In this document: positions 53,562-64,000 of the stretch, piece by piece
How the letters are laid out: the number at the start of each line of letters is the position of its first letter
Numbering within the stretch: the stretch's first letter is position 1
Origin: Octopus vulgaris
Lineage: Eukaryota
Direction: 5' to 3'
Length of the DNA stretch: 64,000 nt
NCBI GenBank assembly: GCA_951406725.2
Contig: OX597822.1
Coordinates: forward strand, 11,160,001-11,224,000
Position numbers and translations under genes: made by a program
The notes under the pieces: model-generated
The model's database searches: none
What the model was told of the DNA's origin: nothing
What the model saw: only the letters and a program-made list of their open reading frames with translations

Positions 53562-54090
53562 GCAAGATACAGAAATAATTTATTCTCAAACGCATGATAA
53601 TGCTAATACAATAGCATGAACAGGATAAACTATCCATATATTGGGAGTAAAAAGTTATTGCCGGCCATAGGACCCGAACTCACATCCCTTTGATTACACA
53701 TCAAGTGCTTTACCTTTAAGCTAAACTTCCCAGTAACGAACTGTTCTGCAATTTTAGGATTTATATATCCAGCATTATAAGACGCTAAATCTATATTCAA
53801 CTTACGATGAAAGTAAACTAACAAAATTTTCTTTAGAAGCGTTGAGATGTATTGAAAGATACAGAAATAATTTAAGGTAAAGCACTTAACGCGTAATCAC
53901 AGGGATGTAAGTTCGAGACACATGGCTGGCCGGTAACGATTTTCTCTGCAATATGTGGCTAGTTTATCCTATTCGTGCTATTGCATTAACATTATCATGC
54001 GTTGGGAATAAGTTATTTCTGTATCTTTCAATACATCTCAACAATTCTAAAGCGAATTTTGTTTGTTTACTTTCATCGTATGTTGAATTT
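53562..54090. mobile_element. Fold-back element with a tRNA-like module and nested inverted repeats
   Basis: 53564-53718 pairs with 53873-54026; 53795-53872 pairs with 54010-54089; flanking direct repeat ATCATTACAC at 53552-53561 and 54091-54100. Confidence 0.75.
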
Positions 54091-55123
54091 ATCATTACAC
54101 TCGTCTCAATAGCGTGATTATTTATTACCGATACGATGTACATTACATAACATATTGCATAGCGTTACGCGAATACGCATTGTGTTTTTACTATATATAC
54201 GCACACAGACATCCACCCATATACAGTAATCCGAAGAAACTGGTGATGGTGTGTTTGGACAACTCTGCATAAACTCCTACCAAGGAATGTAATTGTGGCC
54301 CTTCTTTTGGCTAGAAATACAGACAATGCATTTAGGCAAGGATACCGTCTGAAAAAGTCAACTGGTGATTGTAACAGACAGATTAAATGTCTTTGTTGTT
54401 AGATCTTATCAGAGAAGCATATTCACCTGAGGAGGTGAAACAGAGAAGAAATTAATTCATATAGGAACTAGATAAATATAGGGACACCGATTATGAATAA
54501 TGCCACGTTTACATTCGTTCTGGAATGCCATGGGAAGTACCATTCCATGCACATATTCACATACATACATAGATACGTACATAATAATATTCTCCCACTC
54601 TCTCTCTCTCTCTCGATCTCTCTCACACACACACATACGCAATAAGTGATGTAAATGTTGGTTGGTTTGCAAGTTACACGTTACGTAGTAGAGGGAAGGG
54701 ACGAAAATAGTTAAAAGAAGATACAGAAGGTCTAATCATTAGAGGTACAGGACGAGGAATTCGCATGATAGGCTTGATGGCAGACAGTGAGAGAGAAACT
54801 GCTGATGAAAACGTTGGCATTGGTCGGATGCGAACTGAGAACGCTCAGATTCGGAACGAATAGTAAAGGACTATTTTTCCGATGTTCTGAACGATGATGA
54901 CTATTCGCCAAATTAAAAGAAAAGCAATCATTTCAAGGGCGGCTTTACTCATTGAGATATGACACTTTAGTGAAAAGTGTTGGGGACTCCCAGCGTTAAG
55001 TCTAATAAACACATTAGGTATTTTGTTATAAAGGGAAGAGTACAGATCGACAAAGACATAGATAAACAAAAAGAATATATATGTATATATATATTTATAT
55101 ATATGTATATATATATATATAAA

Positions 55124-55168
<45 letters not shown>

Positions 55169-55396
55169 GGAGAGAGAGAGAGAGAGCGTATGTATGTCAA
55201 GGACAGAAATATAACAGAAGCTGACAGAAATAGAGGGAGAAATTAAGACAAGCAGCGATTTTATGGTTTTCGCACGTCAACGATGATGAGTGTAAATTCG
55301 GACATTTCTTCCTGCAATTATAGCACTGTACATATTAGACAGACTTTTCTAACGCATGCATCTTTCAATATTCATCTCTGTCTGTCTGTCTGTTTG

Positions 55397-55470
<74 letters not shown>

Positions 55471-55471
55471 G

Positions 55472-55575
<104 letters not shown>

Positions 55576-55825
55576 GTCTGTCTATCTATCTATCTATCTG
55601 TCTTTCTTTGTTGCCCTGTCTGTCTCTCTTTGTCTCCACAAACACAGACACACACACACGTCCGCACGCATTATTTGTCAGTTGTCCATAAATCCATAAA
55701 TCAGGAAAAAAGTACACTCTAAAAGGGTCTTTGAGCACTTATACTTTTATATTGTTGAGTTGCATACACTAGGTTTTATGCCACCATCCGGAATGCACTA
55801 TTCGGGCAATATAAAGGTACACACA

Positions 55826-55902
<77 letters not shown>

Positions 55903-55955
55903 GTTTAAATATTTGTTGTGCAAGATTTTTTATGTGAAGTCGTGTATTGAAACAG

Positions 55956-56256
55956 ATATTGCTATATTTCGGAATGGTCATATTGCCAGTTTAGCCAATA
56001 AAAACACACGCACTATATAATTGCTGTTCCCTTGCTTCAGCTTTATTTCATATTAATTGTATTTCGGCCAGAGTTAGTAAGGAGAGACGCACAAAAAAGA
56101 AAGAAGAAAGCAAAGGACCTCTGATGAGGTCATAGAACTATGACAAAGAACTGGCCGAAATACAATTAATATAAAATAAAACTGAAGCAAGTGAACACCA
56201 AATATATTGTGCGTGTGATGTTATTGGCTAAACTGGCAACATGACTCTCCCCAAAT

Positions 56257-56265
<9 letters not shown>
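55956..56265. mobile_element. Fold-back element (~115-bp arms) with a hammerhead-like core in the spacer, ending in (TA)n
   Basis: 55956-56071 vs 56151-56265 inverted; CTGATGA-GGTCA...TGGCC-GAAA at 56121-56160. Confidence 0.7.
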
Positions 56266-56306
<41 letters not shown>

Positions 56307-56961
56307 TGTTGTGTCTAGGTAGAGTTCTTCTCTTTTAGTGCCTTATAATTTAACACACTCACCGGTAAAATTTCCACACATATTTATAACGTAAAAATGG
56401 CAGCTAAGTCGTGGGACAAGTTTTCTTCGAAGGACATTCTTTGAATTATGCTTCGTCTACTGATGGGTGAAGAGAAGTCGTGGTAGGATTCGTGATGAAG
56501 GACATAGAAGAATCCAACACAGACTCTGCTAAGTGTTCATCGGTGTTGCAGAATTTCCAATGAAGTGCTGAAGTGGTTCGTGTCCAGTGAAGAAAATGGA
56601 AGATTAAATACTTTAAAATATAAAATTGTTTTGGTTGTGTCTGAAAAGTACTAAAAAATACCAGGTTCATTTAGTGTAAATCGAGAGAAAATCCAGTCGT
56701 TTTAAATTTTGTACAATCTTTTGTCAGTTGATCAATTTTCTTTGCGTCTTGCAAACTTTCCGATAGTTGATTCTGTACATTATTCAAACTGAAAGGCACT
56801 GAAAGAGAATGACTCTTGCCAGACAACAGAATATGGTTCAACACACGGACTCATAAAGAATCTTGCAAGCCAAATCCCAAAAACGAAATACATACATGGT
56901 TAAAGCTTATGGCGATCACCGTGCAATGACTTAAAGAAAATAGTTTAATAAAGGGGCATAC

Positions 56962-57229
56962 AAGCCCTCGACAGAAAAAAAGAAACCTTTCCTATCAGAG
57001 TTGAAGACGAACCTATATCACTTTCTTAACGCGACTACGTGTGTTACCTTTATACTAGCGAAACACTTCCAGTTTCATCTCAAATTTAAGAACTATAATA
57101 GTTCGTGTTTGTTTTTAAATATGTAAACAAACTTTGTAAAGGTAACACACTTAGTCGCGTTAACAAAGGGATGTAGGTTCGACTCCCACGCTGATAAGAA
57201 AGGTTTCTTTTTTTTTCTGTCGAGAGCTT
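56962..57229. mobile_element. Second tRNA-like fold-back element
   Basis: Arms 56962-57052 / 57137-57229; right arm taaaggtaacacac..gggatgtaGGTTCGACTCC (B box). Confidence 0.72.
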
Positions 57230-57254
57230 ATCTATCTATCTATCTATCTATCTG

Positions 57255-57325
<71 letters not shown>

Positions 57326-57512
57326 GTGCGTTTGTCTGTGTCTGTGTGTGTCTGTCTGTGTGTCTGTCTCTGTCTTCCTTTCTCCCCCCTCTCTCTCTCA
57401 CTATCTGTATGTGTGTGTGTGTCTGTGTGTATGTGTCTGTCTGTGTGTTTGTCTCTCTCTCTCACTCTCTCTCTCTATTAATCAATCAGTCAATCAATCA
57501 ATCAATCAATCA

Positions 57513-57583
<71 letters not shown>

Positions 57584-58389
57584 CGTCTGTCTGTCTCACT
57601 CACTCTCTGTCTCCATCTCTCTATATGTGCGTGTGTGTGTGTCTCTCTCTCCCTCTCTCTATCTGTGTGTGTCTCCCTGTCTCCCTGTCTCTCTCTCTCT
57701 CTGTCTACTTGTCTCTCTCTCCCTCTCTCTCTATCTCCCTGTCTCTCTGCCTATACTCTTCTCCTTATAGTAATATTGTGTGCATTTGATTTAACGCTGT
57801 CAGATCCCTATGGTTTGCCCTAAAGTGTGACATCCTAATTTTGCTCTCCAATAAAAATCCCGCTACCGTTGATGGTCCGCTGCTTCGTTGCTGTACAGGT
57901 GAAGGGAGCGGGGAGGCATTCCACGTTCATATTGTTCTTTCGATTCCCAGTTGATTCCGTTCACTTAACGAATCGCTTAGATTCCAACAGTGTGGCGCTT
58001 GACACCTTCCTGTGTACCTATTCGTCAGTGACCTTGCAGCAGCTGTAGTAGCTATGGTGGTACAACAACAACAACAATAATTGCAGTAGTAATGGTAATA
58101 GTGGTGGTAACCCTATAACCATTAAATTATCAATATGTGGAAAAATAAATTTGTTGATCTGTTTCAGGTTATTTCATACTAAGTGTTATGCTCGCTGTAT
58201 ATACACACACACACACACAAATGCACACACACACATACATACATAAGATTACAGTAATCTAGGACAGTTGTAACTGCTTCTCCTAAGGATAGAACATAGC
58301 ACCTTCTAGAGTGTCGAAACTTTTGTCAACCTTACTCATTGCGCGATACGTTTATATGTTGATCGATATGGCTCTGAAATCATCCTTTC

Positions 58390-58555
58390 TACAATCGGTG
58401 CAAGGCGGAGGAGAGAGTCTAGTCAATCATATCTACCTCAGTGTCCAATTGGTACTTATTTCATCGACTCCGAAAAGATGAAAGGCAAACTTCACCTAGG
58501 CGGAATTTGAATTGTCAAGCATTAAATGTCCGGTGTCGATTCTGCTAGCTCGTCG
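58390..58555 (-). mobile_element. SINE family B, diverged
   Basis: ggtacttatttcatcgactccgaaaagatgaaaggcaaa..cggaatttgaa..gattctgctagctcg. Confidence 0.75.
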
Positions 58556-59675
58556 TTTTAGGTTTGGTTGAAATAACGACGGATAAAAATTAACTTTATT
58601 TCTTGATTATTCTCAATATTTTGCCCATTCGTGATGAAGTATGCTTTCGTCGAATGATTTGTCTTGTGAAATATCTGGAATGCGTTCAATAGCTTCTCTC
58701 TACATTTGTCCACCATCTTTTCGTTATCCATTTGTTTTCTTGTTTCTGTTAATATCTCTATGTCCTAATATTTCGACAATTATTACTCTTGTAATATTTC
58801 CAACCATAAATATATAATTTTCTTGGAAGAATACGTTCAATTTATCCTTTAATCCTACCGATTCTTTTTTCTTGTTTGAGATTCCATAGACTATATACAT
58901 ATATTATATATTCATATAAACGAGAAGGATATAAACCAGTGAATCAGTCTCAGAACTTGACTGTTATTTGACTTTATGGCTAACGGACTTTCATGACAGC
59001 GGGATTTTGAATCAACGGAAATACTCCATGATGCTTAACTTAAATGAATGTCCTTACATGAATTGGTTATAAATTAGCGTTTAATCTTAACTGTTATATA
59101 AATTCATATCTTATCTACTTATACCAACCGCAATATAGCAACAACAACACAAACTACAAGGAAAATAATAACGAGAAGGAAAAAAATACACGGGAATATG
59201 CACTCACCGACCTGAAGACAATTTATGGCTTGGAAATAGTTAAGATTATTTTCCGTTAGATTCTTGTTTGAGACGAAAAAAGGAAATCAAAAAGTTCAAA
59301 ATTGAAGGAACTTTGTGTCTACAAAAAAAGTAAACACCCCAAAATCTTTGTAGATATATAATATACATACACACTAATATGTACGCACATGCGTATACAT
59401 ATACACATAAACACACAGACACACACACACACATACAATCTCATACGCATATATATATATATACATACATATATACATATGTTTATATTTATGGGTAAAT
59501 ATAAAAATATTTATATACGTATATATATCCATATATACCTTTATATATGTATATATATGCATACACACGCACACATATATGTGTATATATATATGTATAT
59601 ATATATATATATCCGTATAAATTATATATTCTATGTATTATGTGTATGTGTATTATATCCATGCAAACATATATA

Positions 59676-59726
<51 letters not shown>

Positions 59727-59839
59727 ATATGTGTGTATATGTATTATATATGTGTGTCTTTATTCGTGTGTATATATATATATGTTATATGTATGCATGT
59801 ACGTATACATATATATATGTATGCAGATATATATATATG

Positions 59840-59958
<119 letters not shown>

Positions 59959-60591
59959 GTATACTCTTCCTCTAAAGCAGACAAAAGAACAATAAAACCT
60001 GGGAATGAAAACAATACGTGTGTTTCTATTTTATGACTTCAGATGTGGCAAGTGGTTTTTCATGGATTTTGTTGCTGTTGTTATTGTTGTCGTTATTGTC
60101 GCTTCTGTTGTTATTGGTGTTGTCATTGCTGTTGCTGTTGTTGTTGTCGTTTCGATTATTGTTTATCTGGTCTTATATTCTTTGTTATTTTTACATCAGA
60201 AAACTTTAAAAACAGCAGAGACAAAAGTGATTTTAAACGTTCGGGGAATTAACTATTCCAAAATGTTGTAAACAACCGTCAGTGTTTGAATAGCTGTGAG
60301 AGTGTTTGCTGTGTGTGTGTGTTTGTGTGTGTATTTGTGTGTATGTATATATATGGATACATACATACGCACACACACACCCATATATATATATATATAT
60401 ATTATTTATTCATATACGGGTTTGTTGAAATAAACAGAATTAATAGAGCTCAATACATGAGTATTTACTTTTTTATTCAGTTGTAAAGTTGCATAAGTGA
60501 CTCGAAAGCAAAGAGGTTCAAGCATTGCAGTTATACGCCCCCTCCACACACGCACACACACATATATGTATAGGCATATATATCCGAGTAT

Positions 60592-60628
<37 letters not shown>

Positions 60629-60629
<1 letters not shown>

Positions 60630-60822
60630 TTTATTTAAAGCAGCAGAAAATTCAACAAACCCTGTTACCATTCTAGCAAAAACTGTCCGATGAACGGCAA
60701 CGGGAAACTCAGAGTAACAGGTTTTGTTGAATTTTCTGCTGCTTTAAATAAAGCATATTACTCTACCACTGGTATTTGAGTACTCTTTTTTCCACCTTGT
60801 TTCACATTTATGTGTTTAATCC

Positions 60823-60825
<3 letters not shown>
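60629..60825 (+). mobile_element. Short (TA)n-flanked element with a hammerhead and a 40-bp 5' inversion
   Basis: 60629-60668 is the reverse complement of 60714-60753; related sequence at 45790-45870. Confidence 0.8.
60683..60720 (+). ncRNA. Minimal type-I hammerhead motif, two substitutions from canonical
   Basis: ctgt-CCGATGA-ACG-gcaa-CGG-GAAA-CTC-a-GAG-TA-acag. Confidence 0.7.
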
Positions 60826-60876
<51 letters not shown>

Positions 60877-60920
60877 ATATATATGCATGTACACGCACAC
60901 ATATATGTATGTATATATGT

Positions 60921-61875
60921 ATATGCAGAGGATACAGAAGTCTTTCAGAGAATACAGAACCCTGGAAATATCGCGCATCTGCAACGAGAGTGCGACGCGA
61001 TATATAGGTTGGCCGAGGACAATACCGTGCCGTTTAATGTTGCAATATTCGAATCCCGCCGCTACCACGACACAAAGAAAGGAAATACAGACAGTGTACA
61101 CTGTCCAGGAAGGATTGCAATCCCTGAATAAAAAACAGTACTCGAGCTGGGCACTGACACCATTAATAATGCATCTTTCCTGGTGCATATTATTAAGTTG
61201 GCCATAAAATTCAGACGGTTGGCCGGATGAGTCCATAAAACTTTCAGAACGAGAGAAGAGGAAACCATTATGGTCTCCTGGCGGACATATCCTCTCAGCT
61301 GCTTAGATTTACTGCTCCCAACTAGGGTCACCATACAGTGTAAAATTAAGGGCAGAGCACGAACTTCTGCGAAGCTACACAAAGATCGTCTAAATGTAAC
61401 GAGTCAGCTACTGGGAAAGCTGTAAAAGTTAAGACTCTTCTCTCTTGAACAAAGACAGAACAGATATGCAGTGATATACATCTGGAAAATCCGGGAAAGG
61501 CTTGTACCAAACTTTGGCATTGAAAGTTACACAAGCAACAGAACGGAGAAACACTACATAGTGCCAAAAATCCCAACATCGCCATCAAGATACAGAACCA
61601 GTCACTGCAGCAGCGCTTCAGTATCCTTCCAGAAAGCCTGAGAGACCTGCATGGTGTGAATGTAGGTGTCTTCAAAAAGAAAACTGGAACGTTTCCTGTC
61701 AAGGATTCCGGATGTGCCTATCTCATGGCACGAAACGCAGACGCGGGGAGCGGCATAAGACTCCCCTACTCACCAAATTCCACATATCATGTAGTGAGGG
61801 TGTAGCAAAGCCAACGGTGGTGCACCAGCATGGCCGCAGCTATCGGGCTGAAAAAAGTTAAAGAATTAAAGAATT
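60921..61875 (+). mobile_element. 5'-truncated, decayed CR1/L2-group LINE with intact 3' tail
   Basis: YAEDTEVFQRI..LQRECDAIYRLAEDNTVPFN (YADD region); C-terminal FSILPESLRDLHGVNVGVFKKKL..FLSRIPD.P; 3' stem-loop and (TTAAAGAA)n tail. Confidence 0.82.
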
Positions 61876-61889
61876 AGAGAATATATGTA

Positions 61890-62125
61890 GTGGATGCGCG
61901 TGATTTAGTGTTGTACTCGTTATTGTAAGATTGTGGTTTCGATTCTTGGATCGGGTGATGCGTTGTGTCCTTCAGTAAAATATTTCATCTCACGTTGCTT
62001 CATTCTACTCAGCTGGCAAAATGAGTAATCCTGAGAAGGGCCATCAACCCGTCCAGGAGGAATATGTTCTCCACAGAATCCAGGAAAGCGGCTCTTATGA
62101 AGCTACGGTTCGGGATGGACTTTTG
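61890..62125 (+). mobile_element. Diverged tRNA-derived V-SINE
   Basis: B box gtttcgattc; gtgtccttcagtaa; V-like cctgagaagggccatcaacccgtccagg. Confidence 0.6.
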
Positions 62126-62819
62126 ATAACTTTTTTCTGGATACATACACATATTTTATTTTTTCACCACCCAAATATATATAACTTTATCTGATTCGAG
62201 ATCCACCATTCCGAAAGAGAAGTATTTCACGTTCTCTCGAAGTTCTACATTCTTATGAAATCAATAACATACATTTCTTGCTTGAAGGAACAAAGTTCCG
62301 AAAATGAAGATTGCTTTGGTCCATTGGTAGACGCCTGTTATGTCCATAGAAGGTACAGGTTCGATACTCAAGATCAGCCTTCGAACTCCCTTATATACAA
62401 GGGTTTTTAACTCAATATTTTCACGCTAGTATTTCGAGTTCCACTATTCCCCCCAAAAAATTCCCACCAAAAAAATAATAAAACACACACAAAAAAACAG
62501 CGAAGCAATATACATACATACATACATTCATATTTAAATGTCTGTGGAAAACCGTGACAATAAGAACTCTCATACAAAAATATTTAAAAAAACATAAAAG
62601 CTTGAATGAAGAAAATGAAGAGTCGAAAAGAACTGAACAGCAAAAGAATTCTATTGTTAAATATTTTTGTAGCCATCATGAATTGGAAGAGCCTGTCTGT
62701 CGTTGGTGAATGTATATATATATTTCATTTCCTGGCTCTGTTGAAGATGATGTTAAATATATTCTCTCAGTCAGATTGGTACTTTTTGAATTGGAATAAA
62801 CAATTCTTTCTATTATAGG

Positions 62820-63020
62820 CAAACAATTCTTTCTATTATAGAAATTTTGTGGGAAGATTTAGTCGATTACATCGACTCCAATATTCAAGTGTCTCACTTA
62901 TTTTATCGATCCCAAAAGGGTGAAAGGCTAAATCGACCTCGGCGATTTTTGAACTCAGAACGTAAACGGCAAGAAATAATGCTAAGCATTTGGTGACATA
63001 TTAACCATTCTGCCAGCTCG
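62820..63020 (-). mobile_element. SINE family B
   Basis: ttttatcgatcccaaaagggtgaaaggc..tcgacctcggcg..tttgaactcagaacgtaa..gctaagcattt..ttctgccagctcg. Confidence 0.85.
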
Positions 63021-64000
63021 TTGCCTTTGCATTGGAATAAATAATAGCACAATTTTTCTGAATACTTCTACAAGAGCATAGAAACGATTCCGGCCCTCTA
63101 ACCACTCAAGAGGGTTACAATGCGGACAATAGCTCCGAATGTGGGACCAGAGGAGTATCCAACAATCATGAACTCTATACGACCCGACCCCATAAGACGT
63201 GTAAGAAGTTAAGGGCCAAAGCACGTACATGGAGGGGCGCCTCCTTCTCTGAAGACGCTCTGCTATTCAGCTTTCCTAAGTGATTTTTTACTACCAAAGT
63301 TGAATGCAATACAGACCGTTCTACATGAACGGAAACCTTGTTTGTTAACCTTCCCTCAGTATCTGATAAGCTTTGTATGTTGTAGATCTGGCTGAGATAA
63401 TGACAGATTAAAGTTTGCTGGGTTTATCTCTTGATTATTACCAATGTATTACCCAGTTTTGACAAAATATACTTTTGCCGAATGTTTAGTCTTTGAGAAA
63501 TATCTGGAATGCACTCCATCCAGCTCTACTCTTTATATCCGCGCACCATCTTTTGTTAATCCGTTTGCTTTCATGTTTCTCCTAATATCTCAACTTCCTG
63601 GTATCCCAACCTTTATTACTTGTTTTATACACACACATGCTCATACACATACACACACAAATGCACACACACGCACACACATACGCATACACACATATAC
63701 ACACACAAACACACAGGCACACATACACGCATGCACACACATACACACACATGGGCACACATACACATGCACACATATACGCATACATAAACATACACAC
63801 GCACACACACAAACACACAACATACACACGTGCGCGCTTATACACGCACACATGTATAGAAGAATACACAATTCATTTTTAATCCGATCTCTTTTTGTGG
63901 ATTAAAATAGTTCTACAGTTGCTAGACTACATGTACGCAAATGTACCCCTTTCTCTCGCACTCTTTCTCTGTAACCACCCACTCACACATTGATGAAAAT

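Noticed and set aside
62308-62380. tRNA-like segment (tggtccattggtaga..ggttcgatac)
   Set aside because: Cloverleaf stems do not pair; a decayed SINE head rather than a tRNA gene

Overview
This window is AT-rich, microsatellite-dense eukaryotic DNA. The repeat families look like those of octopod cephalopods (inference from family resemblance; no search run). I find no credible host protein-coding exon: almost all ORFs in the track are translations of (TA)n, (CA)n, (TCTA)n, (TAA)n or (CAC)n repeats. The window is a mosaic of mobile elements: a Tx1-clade LINE inside a (TCTA)n array; a Neptune-like Penelope element (RT + GIY-YIG) with an inverted 3' duplication; CR1-group, RTE and R4/Dong LINE remnants; Tc1, Tc3-like and mariner relics and MITEs; a Helentron-type non-autonomous element; and many tRNA-derived SINEs. 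Three signals stand out. (1) About ten minimal type-I hammerhead-ribozyme motifs sit in the Penelope element and in short elements mostly beside (TA)n. Their core 3-8 tertiary pair appears as C-G, U-A and G-C, which is natural compensatory covariation. (2) Fold-back elements recur, including two that carry a tRNA-like module and invert at the same D-loop position. (3) Two SINE/LINE partnerships are visible directly from shared 3' tails.
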